Below are positions 10,806-20,587 of a stretch of 64,000 nt of DNA, piece after piece (the stretch's first letter is position 1; every line of letters starts with the position of its first letter). The notes below the pieces were generated by a model, which worked only from the letters and a program-made list of their open reading frames with translations, was not told the DNA's origin and did no database searches. The DNA comes from an uncultured Gemmatimonadales bacterium (GTDB lineage: Bacteria; Gemmatimonadota; Gemmatimonadetes; Longimicrobiales; Gaopeijiaceae): contig CAWELD010000010.1 in the NCBI GenBank assembly GCA_963809895.1, positions 1,164,862 through 1,228,861 on the forward strand, in the 5' to 3' direction. The translations under genes were made by a program, and so were the position numbers.

Positions 10806-11464
10806 GCGAGGCCCAGGTCGCCCAGCCAGCGCGAGAGATCGGCCATCTCCTCGGCGGCGATGCCGTGGCCTGCCGCGTAGTCCCCCACGGTGAGGGCCAC
10901 GCCCACCGCACGCAGGCGCTCCCGGCCTCGCTCGCCGAGCGCGTGGGGGATGGCCGGGTCCATGCGTCCGTGCCCCCAGAAGACCGGGACGCCGCCCAGG
11001 GCATCGGCGGTGACGGGCACCAGCTCCGGGGCGTGGACCAGAAAGCCCGACAGGACCACGAGGGCGTCGGCGCGCCCGGGCCGCGTGAGGCCGTAGGCCA
11101 GCGCAGTGGTGCCGCCCTGGCTGAATCCCCCCAGGACCAGCGCGCCCGGCTGGATCGGTAGCACTGCCGGCAGCGCGTCCAGAAAGGCGTCCAGGCGAGC
11201 CAGGCTGTCCATGAGCGTGTCGCCGACGACGCGATCCTCCGCGACGTAGCGGTACCACGCCCAACCGGGCCCGTAGCCCCAGGGCTGGCCCGGATGCGGG
11301 GCCTCGGGCGTCACCAGCACGGTGCCGGGTGGCAGATGTGGCGCCAATCCGACGAGGTCGTGGCGGTCCGCGCCGCGCCCGTGCAGGAGAACGGCCACGG
11401 TGGCTCCGTCCCGGGCCCCGTCGGGCACGTGCATCTCGAACGCCAGGCCCTGACGGGGGCTCAT
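10769..11464 (-). CDS. Phospholipase/carboxylesterase alpha/beta hydrolase (MhqD-like)
   Basis: LLHGRG, GFSQGG nucleophile elbow, HGRMD, GH; ATG at 11464 overlaps the stop of the upstream dioxygenase. Confidence 0.88.
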   Translation of the reverse strand: MSPRQGLAFEMHVPDGARDGATVAVLLHGRGADRHDLVGLAPHLPPGTVLVTPEAPHPGQPWGYGPGWAWYRYVAEDRVVGDTLMDSLARLDAFLDALPAVLPIQPGALVLGGFSQGGTTALAYGLTRPGRADALVVLSGFLVHAPELVPVTADALGGVPVFWGHGRMDPAIPHALGERGRERLRAVGVALTVGDYAAGHGIAAEEMADLSRWLGDLGLAQPPSPAGGTST

Positions 11465-12561
11465 CCGACCTCCGTGGCGGAGGCGCCGGCCGGCAGCGGC
11501 TCCAGCGCCTCTTCGATGGCGGGGCGCCGGGCCTCGAGCCAGGCCGGGAGCTTGAGGCTCGTGCCCAGCAGGTCCTCTTCTTCGTCGATGGCGAAGCCCG
11601 GCCCGTCGGTGGCGATCTCCAGGAGCATGCCGTCGGGGGCCCGGAAGTAGATGCTCCGGAAATAGGAGCGGTCCAGGACCGGGGTCACCTCCACGTCCAG
11701 GGCCAGGAGGTGGTCCCGCCAGGCGAGCTGCGTCTCCTCGTCGGGGGCGCGGAACGCCACGTGGTGGGTCTGGCCCGCGCCGGGGCGCGCCGGATAGTTC
11801 GAGTCGGGCCACCCGAACAGCGTCCACGACGACCCGGGGGCCACGCGTCGGCCGTCGTAGTGAGCCCAGAACCAGTGCTGGGTGCGGCCGTCGTCCTGAT
11901 TCAGCGTGCGCTTCACCAGCGAGAGCCCCAGCGCCTCGGAGTAGAAGTGGTGCGCTCGCTCCAGATCGTCGGTGATGGCGGAGATGTGATGGATCCCGAA
12001 CAGCGCCATGTCGGGCGTCACCGCCGGCACCGGCTCCGGGTGCGTGCGGTCGCGGATGGCTACCTCGTCCCGACCCCCGGGCAGGCGCTCGGCCGGAGGC
12101 GTCACCAACCTCTTTCCCAGGGCGTCGGCGGGTTCGTCGATGGCGTAACCCGGTCCACGGGTGGCGATCTCCAGGATCTGCCCGTCCGGGTCCTCGAAGT
12201 ACAGGGACCTGAAGTATCCCCGGTCCAGCGGGCCCGACACCGCGACGCCGGCGTCCACGAGCCGGCGCTTCCACTTGAGCTGCGCCTCGGGGGTCTCCAC
12301 GCCCAGAGCCAGGTGATGCACGCCTCCGACGCCCCAGCGCCCTCGGCGGCTCCCGGGCCACTCGAAGAAGGTGAGGAGCGTGCCCGGGGTGCCGGGGGTG
12401 CGCCCGAAGTACAGGTGATAGGCACCCGGGTCGTCGAAGTTGACGGTCTGCTTGACCAGGTCCATCCCCAACAGGTCGCGATAGAACGTCAGGGTGCGGA
12501 CCGCGTCGGTGGAGACCATGGTGATGTGATGAAAGCCCAGCGTGCTCGGCGTGGTACCCAT
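11461..12561 (-). CDS. Ring-cleaving dioxygenase, VOC family (MhqA/O/E-like)
   Basis: GFHHIT, KQTVNFDDPGAYHLYFG, DRGYFRSLYFEDPDG, EIATDGPGFAIDE. Confidence 0.9.
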   Translation of the reverse strand: MGTTPSTLGFHHITMVSTDAVRTLTFYRDLLGMDLVKQTVNFDDPGAYHLYFGRTPGTPGTLLTFFEWPGSRRGRWGVGGVHHLALGVETPEAQLKWKRRLVDAGVAVSGPLDRGYFRSLYFEDPDGQILEIATRGPGYAIDEPADALGKRLVTPPAERLPGGRDEVAIRDRTHPEPVPAVTPDMALFGIHHISAITDDLERAHHFYSEALGLSLVKRTLNQDDGRTQHWFWAHYDGRRVAPGSSWTLFGWPDSNYPARPGAGQTHHVAFRAPDEETQLAWRDHLLALDVEVTPVLDRSYFRSIYFRAPDGMLLEIATDGPGFAIDEEEDLLGTSLKLPAWLEARRPAIEEALEPLPAGASATEVG

Positions 12562-12588
12562 GATGGTTCTCCGGATTGTAGACGGGAA

Positions 12589-12609
12589 ATAATTTCAACC
12601 TTGAACTAT
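12589..12609. promoter_or_regulatory. Palindromic operator candidate upstream of the mhq-like genes
   Basis: AT-rich TTCAA-CC-TTGAA (12594-12605), with TTGACG on the minus strand at 12614-12619. Confidence 0.45.
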
Positions 12610-12715
12610 CAATCGTCAAGGGGGGGATGGGATGGCGGGGAAGGCGTTCGCTTGCCTGCTGCCCGGCCCCCGCCGCATGTTGCTCGCCGCCGGGAATCCC
12701 TCTCGCCCCCGATCC

Positions 12716-13276
12716 ATGAGCCGACCCTTCCTTCCAGCACCCGTCGTCTTCTCGTTGCTGCTCTCCGCCGCGGGCTGCGCCGGCGGGTCGGGATCTGCTC
12801 CCCGGGAACCCGCGTCGGCGCCGTCGCCGGCGGCGGAGTCGGGCGGAGGAGACGGTGGGACCGCCGACTCCGTCCTCGACGGCGTGTTCACCGACGCGCA
12901 GGCCCAGAGGGGTCGCCAGGTCTTCCGCAGCGTGTGCTCGGAGTGCCACAGCACGCTGGACTTCCGGGGCGAGACGTTCTTCCTCTCCTGGGAAGGCACG
13001 TCGGTGGGACGCTTCGTGGACCGGATCGTCTCCAGCATGCCCGAAAGCGACCCCGGCTCGCTTCCCATCCAGCAGTACCTCGACGTCGTGGCGTACGTGC
13101 TGCAGCTCAACGACTTCCCGACCGGATCGTCGGAGCTGGAGGACGCCCCGGCCGCCCTGGAGCGCATCCGCATCGAGCGGCCCGGGGCCCGGCCATCGCG
13201 GCCACCGTCGTGGCCGCTCCCGGCGTCGTCTTCGCGCGGCCTGGCTCCCGCTGCCCACGTCCCCCGAGTCCCCTGA
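12716..13276 (+). CDS. Cytochrome c lipoprotein
   Basis: Lipobox AAGC; FTDAQAQRGRQVF..CSECH heme motif; MP axial ligand. Confidence 0.85.
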   Translation: MSRPFLPAPVVFSLLLSAAGCAGGSGSAPREPASAPSPAAESGGGDGGTADSVLDGVFTDAQAQRGRQVFRSVCSECHSTLDFRGETFFLSWEGTSVGRFVDRIVSSMPESDPGSLPIQQYLDVVAYVLQLNDFPTGSSELEDAPAALERIRIERPGARPSRPPSWPLPASSSRGLAPAAHVPRVP

Positions 13277-13367
13277 GGAGGCCCTCCATGACCGCATCAC
13301 CGTCTCTCGCCGATCGTAAACGCGACGCCTGTCTGGCCTCCGTGGCCGAGCCCGCGAGGCCGGGACG

Positions 13368-14726
13368 ATGAGCAGCCGTGATGCGGAAGGGAAGAAGGGT
13401 GGGAGTGACAAGGCCATGGACCGGCGGCGTTTCCTGGAGCTGACGGGCGCCGGGACCGGGGCGCTGCTGGCGGGAGCCGGCACGCTGGGCGCGGCCAGGG
13501 CGGACGCGGCCACGCCCGCCGCCGCGCGCAAGCCCATCGGGGCACCGCACATCGCCCGCCCGGCACCCGACGTGGTCATCGTCGGCGCCGGCGCGTTCGG
13601 TGGGTGGACCGCGCTCAACCTCCGACGCCTGGGGGCCACGGTGACGGTGGTGGACCTCTACGGATTCGGGAACTCGCGCGCCACGTCCGGTGGCGAGACC
13701 CGGGGCGTGCGCACGAGCTACGGCGACCGGCCGCACGGACTGCTGTGGGGGCGCTGGGCCAACGAGGCCATCCGGCGCTGGAAGCAGTGGAACGAGGAGC
13801 ACAACCACGAGGTGCAGCCGTTCTTCTACAACACGCACGACGTGATCATGCGCGACGAGTGGACTCCCTTCCTGGAGAACACCGCGAAGAACTGGGACAC
13901 CCTGGGTATCGAGTACGAGCGCATCGATGCCGACGAGGTGCGGCGGCGCTGGCCCGTGATCTGGTGCGAGGACATGACGGTGGCCCTGGTGGAGCCCCAG
14001 GCCGGCGTCGTGCGGGCGCGGCGGGCCATGGAGTCGGTGGGACGCGTCTACGAGCGGGAGGGCGGCGAGCTCGTCATCGGTCGAGCGGCGCCGGGTCAGG
14101 TGTCGGGAGGCCGGCTGCTGGACATCACGGTCACGCCCGGCGACCGCATCGCGGGCGGCACCTTCGTGTGGGCCTTGGGTCCGTGGTTCCCGAAGGTCCT
14201 GCCCGACGTGATGACCAACAAGCTGCGCATCCCCATGGGGCACGTCTTCTACTTCGGCACGCCGCCCGGCGACAACCGCTTCACCTTTCCCAACCTGCCC
14301 AGCTACAACACGCCCGGCGTCACGGGTTGGCCGGCGCTACCCGGCGACAATCGTGGCTTCCGGGTGCGCACGGGCGGACACAGCGCCGACGACCCCGACA
14401 CGTCCGCTCGGGCCGAGATCCCCGAGGAGGGCATGAAGCGGGGCCGGGACTACGTGGTGGAGCGCTTCCCCGATCTGGCGGAGGCCCCCCTCCTGGAGAC
14501 CCGGGCCTGCCACTACGAGCTCAGCGTCACCCGGAACTTCATCGTCGACCACCACCCCGAATGGACCAACACCTGGCTCGCCGGCGGCGGCTGCGCCGAG
14601 GGCTTCAAGTCCGGCCCCGTCATCGGCGAGTACGTGGCGCACCGGGTCCTCGACGACGACATCGAGCCCGATCTGGCCGAGGGGTTCAAGCTCAGCGACG
14701 AGACGTTCGAGGTGGATCCGGGGTGA
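13368..14726 (+). CDS. Tat-exported FAD-dependent oxidoreductase (sarcosine oxidase/DAO family)
   Basis: DRRRFL Tat signal, VVIVGAGAFGGW, NSRATSGGETR, GFKSGPVIG. Confidence 0.85.
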   Translation: MSSRDAEGKKGGSDKAMDRRRFLELTGAGTGALLAGAGTLGAARADAATPAAARKPIGAPHIARPAPDVVIVGAGAFGGWTALNLRRLGATVTVVDLYGFGNSRATSGGETRGVRTSYGDRPHGLLWGRWANEAIRRWKQWNEEHNHEVQPFFYNTHDVIMRDEWTPFLENTAKNWDTLGIEYERIDADEVRRRWPVIWCEDMTVALVEPQAGVVRARRAMESVGRVYEREGGELVIGRAAPGQVSGGRLLDITVTPGDRIAGGTFVWALGPWFPKVLPDVMTNKLRIPMGHVFYFGTPPGDNRFTFPNLPSYNTPGVTGWPALPGDNRGFRVRTGGHSADDPDTSARAEIPEEGMKRGRDYVVERFPDLAEAPLLETRACHYELSVTRNFIVDHHPEWTNTWLAGGGCAEGFKSGPVIGEYVAHRVLDDDIEPDLAEGFKLSDETFEVDPG

Positions 14727-14792
14727 GGCGGGGGGACCGAATGCGACCGACTACCTGTCTGAGCGTCCTCCTCCCGTCCAAAGGAGTCCTCA

Positions 14793-15581
14793 GTGACGTT
14801 CGTCGCAGCGGGAGTTGAGCCGTCCTGGGTTGGCCAGGTCCCGGTACACCCATTGACCCGACATGCCACCCTGGAGTTTATCGAACGGACGGCGTCGTCG
14901 GTTGAGTCCCGTGCGGTAATTCACTACGCGAACGCGCACGCCGTGGTTCTGGCGGACCGACATGAGGCGTTCCGTATGGCTCTCAAGGAGGCCTCTCTCG
15001 TATTCTGTGACGGCAAGTCTCTCCAGTGGGCATCGCGTCTTCTCGGGAATCCGCTGCCTGAACGCTTTACTCCACCGGATTGGATCGACGAACTCGCGGA
15101 AATATGCTGTCGTCGCACCTATCGGCTCTTCTTTCTCGGTGGTCAGGCCGGTGTCGCGGAGGCCGCGGCAGATACCCTGCGGAAGCGCCACCCGGGGCTG
15201 GAGATGTACACTCGGGACGGCTATTTCGACCGTACCGAGCCTTCCACGGACCTGGTCATCGCGGAGGTGAATGAGTGCCGCCCCCACATCGTTCTCGTTG
15301 GCCTTGGTATGCCGGAGCAAGAACTCTGGACTCATGAACACGCTGCTAGGCTCTCTGCCTCCGTCATCATGACGGTGGGTGGAATGTTCGACTTCGTCTC
15401 TGGCCACAAGTGGCGGGCACCCCGGTGGATCACGTCCTTGGGCTTGGAATGGCTAACACGCTTGATCAGCGAACCCCGACGACTGGCCTCCCGCTATTTG
15501 TTGGGTAATCCGAGATTCGTGTGGATCGTGCTGAGACAGTGGATGGGGGTCGGGGCTCGACCGCATCTCCCGCCTTCTTGA
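14793..15581 (+). CDS. WecB/TagA/CpsF family glycosyltransferase
   Basis: YANAH, FCDG, FFLGG, VGLGMPEQE, VGGMFDF, RAPRW, GLEWLTRLISEPRRLASRYL. Confidence 0.9.
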   Translation: MTFVAAGVEPSWVGQVPVHPLTRHATLEFIERTASSVESRAVIHYANAHAVVLADRHEAFRMALKEASLVFCDGKSLQWASRLLGNPLPERFTPPDWIDELAEICCRRTYRLFFLGGQAGVAEAAADTLRKRHPGLEMYTRDGYFDRTEPSTDLVIAEVNECRPHIVLVGLGMPEQELWTHEHAARLSASVIMTVGGMFDFVSGHKWRAPRWITSLGLEWLTRLISEPRRLASRYLLGNPRFVWIVLRQWMGVGARPHLPPS

Positions 15582-15582
15582 C

Positions 15583-16386
15583 GTGGATGATATGCGACGT
15601 GTGAGCGAAATCAGAAAGGTGCAGAGGCGGAAGGGCAGCCTGTACGACCGGGTCTTCACCCGGCGCGTATCAGCCTACGTTACCGCTCTCTTGATCCGAT
15701 TGGGGGTGGTCAGTCCGAATGCGATCACCGCCTTCAACACTCTCATGGGTCTCCTCGCCTGGGCCATGATCGGGGCAGAGTGGCACCTATATGTCGGGGT
15801 AGGGTTGATCCATGTCTACGCTATCCTGGATTCTGTGGATGGAGAGGTCGCTCGGGCGACTGGGAGGACGTCCCTTGCGGGCATGTACTTGGAAGATCAC
15901 AGCGCCTACCTCATGATCCACGGATACTGGCTGGCGATGGGTGCATACCTCGCGAACACCGTCGGGTCGTCCTGGCCCTGGTTGATGGCCGTGTTGTACG
16001 TGGCGTTTGGAAGAAGTGCCATGCCTGCGGCGAGGCGAGCCCTTCTCAAGGCAATCGAGGGCGAGCGACGTCTCCCCGAGGATCTCCCCGAGCCGTACTC
16101 GCATGACTCGCGGGCGCTGACCGGCGTTGTTGGTCTCGTGTTCGTTGACTTCCTCCATCCCTCCACGGTCTGGGCGGTCTCCACGACCGTGCTCGTCGTC
16201 GAGCGGCTGTTACTTGGCGGGGGGCGAGCATTGCTGGTGGTTGTGGCGATGTATCTTGCTCTGAGCGCGCTGCGCGAGGTCGGCACGGTCTTGCGTCTCG
16301 CGCGGCGCCCGACTCTCGAGGCTCACCTTGTCGGTGTGGTGGTGAATGCTTCCGAGATGATGAGCCTGCCGCCCCGATCCGGATGA
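15583..16386 (+). CDS. CDP-alcohol phosphatidyltransferase family protein
   Basis: SPNAIT and LDSVDGEVARATGRTSLAGMYLE (CDP-alcohol motif, last two Asp altered). Confidence 0.8.
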   Translation: MDDMRRVSEIRKVQRRKGSLYDRVFTRRVSAYVTALLIRLGVVSPNAITAFNTLMGLLAWAMIGAEWHLYVGVGLIHVYAILDSVDGEVARATGRTSLAGMYLEDHSAYLMIHGYWLAMGAYLANTVGSSWPWLMAVLYVAFGRSAMPAARRALLKAIEGERRLPEDLPEPYSHDSRALTGVVGLVFVDFLHPSTVWAVSTTVLVVERLLLGGGRALLVVVAMYLALSALREVGTVLRLARRPTLEAHLVGVVVNASEMMSLPPRSG

Positions 16387-17807
16387 CCATCGCGGGTGGT
16401 GTTATCAGGCCGTTCTTGGCGAGTTCGGTCGCGCGCGGATTGCGGGCTGCAGTCCGCATTGGCCTCTTGTTGATCGCCGCGCGGGCGTATTCCCTTGCTG
16501 AGGTAGGGCAGTTCGCCTTCGTGATGGGAACCGGCACCCTGATCATCGGCCTCCTGGATCTCGGTGTGACCAGCCTGTTGCAGAGAGAGGTGGCTGCCCG
16601 GGGGTTCGATGCTGGCGTCTTGGAGCGGCGCGCCTTCTTGGTCCGAATCCTCACGCTGCCCCTGGGGATCGCCCTGTCATGGGGAATGGTCATCGGCATT
16701 ACCGGCGATTTCTCCAGTTCGGCCCTGGGAACCCTCCTGTTCGTGGCAGGACTTGCCACCGCAGAGTTTCTTGCGGGGTTGCGGCGGGCTCGCGGAGAGT
16801 TCGACCTCGAGCCACTCGAGGTTGCCCCAGCCACCCTGGCTGGGATCGTCGCCGGGCTGGTCGTTGCCGTAGCCCACGGATCCGTAGGCCTGTTTCAATC
16901 GGTAGTAGGGATCGCCACTGCCCTTGCCGTGCTGCCGAGGGCAGCATTGGTCCGACGCAGACTATGGTCGGAACCCGCTCCGCCTGGCCCAGCACTTTTC
17001 GACCTCCTGTGGCAAGCAAGATGGTTCTGGCTTATCACCGCCGGCGCTCTGGTGCTTTTCGAAGCTCCAGCGATCTTGTTGCGGAGGCTGGCGAGTGAAG
17101 AGGCGGTTGCGCTTTATGCCACGGCGATGCGGGCAGTGGGCTTGGCTTCACAGCCGTTCGCCGTCTTGACAGCTGTGTTCGTCCCATCTCTCGCGTTCGA
17201 ATCCAACGCCCACCGGGACGGATACCTCGAGTCCGTTCGCGGCATGAACAGATTGTTCCTTGTGGGTACGCCCGTGGCGATTGCGCTGGCCCTCGGTGGG
17301 GGTGTCCTGTTTCTTCGAGGAGCGGGGCCCGAATACACCGGTGCCCTGACGACGCTTTGGGTACTGGTGGTGGGAACCCTGGTTTACCTCGGAGCGCCGA
17401 GCGCCGGGCCGCTCTTGGTCGAGGGACTCGAGCGAGCGCTGGCCGTTGCAGTTCTTCTCGCCTCAATCGTTACGATCGGGCTCTGCACCATCCTCGCGCC
17501 CACCATGGGCGCCGCGGGCGCCGCGTTGGCTGCAGCGGGGGGCTTCACATTTGGAAAGATCGCACATGCGTTCCTTTATCAACATCGGCGCCTTCCGGCC
17601 CTCGGAGCCAGAGGCGTCGTAATTGCCTGTGCGACTGTAGTGTGGATTAGTGTCTCCTATCTGTTGCAAGGTCCCTGGAACGTGATGCTCCTCACAGTGG
17701 GTGCGATCGGCAGCGGGATCATGACGCTCCGGACTGTCATGTACCTCCGGTTGTTCCAGCGGACGAAGCGCTTGATGAGCCATTCATCGTTCAAAGGTCG
17801 AGACTAA
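16383..17807 (+). CDS. Polysaccharide flippase (Wzx-like)
   Basis: Many TM segments, LDLG, AVALYATA, GAAGAALA; lies in the polysaccharide cluster. Confidence 0.75.
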   Translation: MTIAGGVIRPFLASSVARGLRAAVRIGLLLIAARAYSLAEVGQFAFVMGTGTLIIGLLDLGVTSLLQREVAARGFDAGVLERRAFLVRILTLPLGIALSWGMVIGITGDFSSSALGTLLFVAGLATAEFLAGLRRARGEFDLEPLEVAPATLAGIVAGLVVAVAHGSVGLFQSVVGIATALAVLPRAALVRRRLWSEPAPPGPALFDLLWQARWFWLITAGALVLFEAPAILLRRLASEEAVALYATAMRAVGLASQPFAVLTAVFVPSLAFESNAHRDGYLESVRGMNRLFLVGTPVAIALALGGGVLFLRGAGPEYTGALTTLWVLVVGTLVYLGAPSAGPLLVEGLERALAVAVLLASIVTIGLCTILAPTMGAAGAALAAAGGFTFGKIAHAFLYQHRRLPALGARGVVIACATVVWISVSYLLQGPWNVMLLTVGAIGSGIMTLRTVMYLRLFQRTKRLMSHSSFKGRD

Positions 17808-17847
17808 TGTTCCTACGCAACGTTCCAGGCCGGAACGGCATTGGGAG

Positions 17848-18867
17848 GTGACCTCAGTCATGCACGTTCCCGCTGACGTTGCCTCTATCTTCCGGACACA
17901 GCCCATCCGATTGGCAGACATCGGGGCGCGCGGGGGGTGGCAGGCAAAATGGCGCGAAGTGTCAGACCACATGGTCTTCGTGGGCTTTGAGCCCGAGCAG
18001 ACCGAGTTCGAGCGCCTGTGCGCGGTGGCCGCGGCGAACGAGGTCTACTCGGATGCGGCATTGTATCGCCGGGAGGATTGTATTCCGTTTTATCACACTC
18101 GTGATCCGGCCACGTCGTCGATCTATCGGCCGAATCGCGCACTCTGGCAGCAGTTGCTACCGAACACCGAGCGCCTGGACATCGTCCGGACGGACACCCT
18201 TGAGGCGCGTACTCTTGATGAGGCGCTGAGAGATGTCGGCCTGTCTGGTCTCGACTTCATCAAGCTCGATACCCAGGGAAGCGAGTTGGACATACTCCAT
18301 GGGGCCACTGAGACCCTTGCGGGGGATGTCTTCGGGATTGAGGTCGAAGTGGAATTCGCGGAGCTCTACGAGGGACAGCCGCTCTTTCCAGACGTCCACG
18401 CACACTTGACCGGCGGGGGCTTCGACTTCGTGGACTTTCCAGAGTTCGTCTCGGTCTCCGACATGCGATGGTGGCGGACGTATGGTGCCCGGAAGGGGCT
18501 CTTCGGGCGTGCAGGTCGGTTCCTCAGGAGATTCATGGGTGCGCGAGGACCTTGGCGAGGCGCGAACCGGCTTCTCTACGCCGACGCCGTGTTCTTCCGC
18601 ACCCCGGATGCCTTCCTCACGGGTGATGGAGGCGAGATCAGGCGCCGAGCTTTCCTAGCGGTATTCGTCAGTTGTGTGATGCGTTACTACGAGTACGCAT
18701 TGGACTTCGTCGAGACCGCATGTCGTCTGGACCGTCTCTCCTCTGAAGATGGTGAGCTTCTGCGAGGGTTCACGCGGCGTGCCGCGCGCGCACCATCCAC
18801 ATTGGTGACAGACGTTGGACGAGTCGCACATCGTGTTGGCAGGCGGTTGCGGGGGCCGCCGCGATAG
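17848..18867 (+). CDS. FkbM family methyltransferase
   Basis: DIGARGG, GFEP, TLD, DFIKLDTQGSELDILHGA, EVEF..LYEGQPLF. Confidence 0.88.
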   Translation: MTSVMHVPADVASIFRTQPIRLADIGARGGWQAKWREVSDHMVFVGFEPEQTEFERLCAVAAANEVYSDAALYRREDCIPFYHTRDPATSSIYRPNRALWQQLLPNTERLDIVRTDTLEARTLDEALRDVGLSGLDFIKLDTQGSELDILHGATETLAGDVFGIEVEVEFAELYEGQPLFPDVHAHLTGGGFDFVDFPEFVSVSDMRWWRTYGARKGLFGRAGRFLRRFMGARGPWRGANRLLYADAVFFRTPDAFLTGDGGEIRRRAFLAVFVSCVMRYYEYALDFVETACRLDRLSSEDGELLRGFTRRAARAPSTLVTDVGRVAHRVGRRLRGPPR

Positions 18868-18900
18868 CCGCAAGACTCTAGGGGGCGGGACACGTGGCGC

Positions 18901-19355
18901 GTGGCATTCCTGTTGGCGCTCCCGTTGATGTCGTTGGCCATTGTGGCCGCGAAGCTGCTCAGTCCGGGGCCGGCGCTCTTCCTGCAGGAGCGCGAAGGTC
19001 GGGGCAGTCGCACCATCTGCGTGCCGAAGATCCGCACGATGGTCGCGGATGCTGAGGAGCGGAGGGAGGAGCTTCTGGAAACGGATCCGAAGGTAGGCGA
19101 GGAATGGAATCTTGGCTCCAACCTCCGACGCGACCCGCGTCTCATCCTGGGCATCGGCGGCTGGCTGCGACGATTCGACATCGACGAGCTGCCCCAGCTC
19201 TGGAGTGACTGATCGACTGATCCGCGGCGACATGAGCTTGGTCGGCCCGCGACCCTGTCCGACATCTACAACGTCGCAACTGGTCGCTGTGGTTGGACCT
19301 CCACATTCTGGGCTGGACGATCTTCACCGAGCTCACGGGCCACGGCGCCTATTGC
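18901..19355 (+). pseudogene. Decayed copy of the 3' part of the wbaP-like sugar transferase
   Basis: Collinear with 21488-22060; has an 8-bp tandem duplication GACTGATC (19207-19222) with a premature stop, and lacks the segment matching about 21839-21964. Confidence 0.85.
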
Positions 19356-19522
19356 GGAGGGTATGGCCACGGCCGCCGGACACGAAGATGTTGTTCACCT
19401 CAGGCGAGGGGGCCGATACTTCAATGAGGCTCTTCGCACCGGCCCCCGGCTGAGCCGGCTTGACGCTGGCCAGCCAGCCCGCCGTTTCCCAGCCCCATCC
19501 ACCCTCCCCGAAGAAACCCATC

Positions 19523-20512
19523 ATGAGCAAGCACGTCCTCGTATGTGGTGCCGGCGGATTCATCGGCTCGCACCTGGTGAAACGCCTCCACGCCGAAGGC
19601 CATTGGGTTCGCGGCGTCGACCTCAAGTACCCCGAGTTCGGCGACACCCACGCCGACGACTTCGTGGTCGGTGATCTGCGCGATCCCTGGCTGTGCCGGC
19701 AGGTGGTGGACCGGCGCTTCGACGAGGTCTACCAGCTCGCGGCGGACATGGGGGGCGCGGGTTTCGTGTTCACCGGTGACAACGACGCGGACATCATGCA
19801 CAACTCCGCGTTGATCAATCTGAACATCCTGGAGGCGTGCCACCGCAGGAACGTCAAGCGGATCTTCTACTCGTCGTCGGCGTGCATGTATCCGGAGCAC
19901 AACCAGCTCGATCCGGACAATCCGAACTGCACCGAGGATTCGGCGTATCCGGCGAACCCGGACAGCGAATACGGCTGGGAGAAGCTCTTCAGCGAGCGTC
20001 TCTATCTGGCGTTCAGCCGCAACTACGGCATCGAAGCCCGCATCGCCCGTTACCACAACATCTTCGGGCCCGAAGGGACCTGGCAGGGAGGCCGCGAGAA
20101 GGCGCCGGCCGCGCTGTGCCGGAAGGTGGCCACGACGCCGGAGGGTGGCGAGATCGAGATCTGGGGAGACGGGCTGCAGACCCGTTCGTTTCTCTACATC
20201 GACGAGTGCGTCGAGGGAACGATCCGCCTCACGCGCTCCGACTTCGCGGGCCCGGTCAACATCGGATCCGAAGAGATGGTCACCATCAACCGGCTCGCGG
20301 AGTTGATCATGGAGGTGGCCGGAAAGGACCTGTCCTTGAAGCACGTGCCCGGACCGCTGGGCGTGAGAGGGCGGAACTCGGACAATCGTCTGATCCAGGA
20401 ACGTCTCGGTTGGTCACCCTCGAGCGCCCTGGTCGATGGGTTGCGTCAGACCTACCGATGGATCGAATCGGAAGCCACAGCGGCCGGCTTGATTGGCCCC
20501 GGGGCGTTGTGA
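19523..20512 (+). CDS. NAD-dependent epimerase, GDP-mannose 3,5-epimerase-like
   Basis: GAGGFIGSHL, LAADMGGAGF, YSSSACMYPE, YGWEKL, GGREKAPAALCRK, GVRGRNSDN. Confidence 0.9.
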   Translation: MSKHVLVCGAGGFIGSHLVKRLHAEGHWVRGVDLKYPEFGDTHADDFVVGDLRDPWLCRQVVDRRFDEVYQLAADMGGAGFVFTGDNDADIMHNSALINLNILEACHRRNVKRIFYSSSACMYPEHNQLDPDNPNCTEDSAYPANPDSEYGWEKLFSERLYLAFSRNYGIEARIARYHNIFGPEGTWQGGREKAPAALCRKVATTPEGGEIEIWGDGLQTRSFLYIDECVEGTIRLTRSDFAGPVNIGSEEMVTINRLAELIMEVAGKDLSLKHVPGPLGVRGRNSDNRLIQERLGWSPSSALVDGLRQTYRWIESEATAAGLIGPGAL

Positions 20513-20587
20513 GCAGGCCATTACGCGCGTTCGGACATAGTAGGATCGCGTCCACCAACGCCTCTCACATCCGGGTCTGCTAGCGTC

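Noticed and set aside
11465..13639. 956-aa hydrolase fusion ORF
   Set aside because: The upstream part overlaps the dioxygenase and cytochrome genes in off-frames; the real start is 11464
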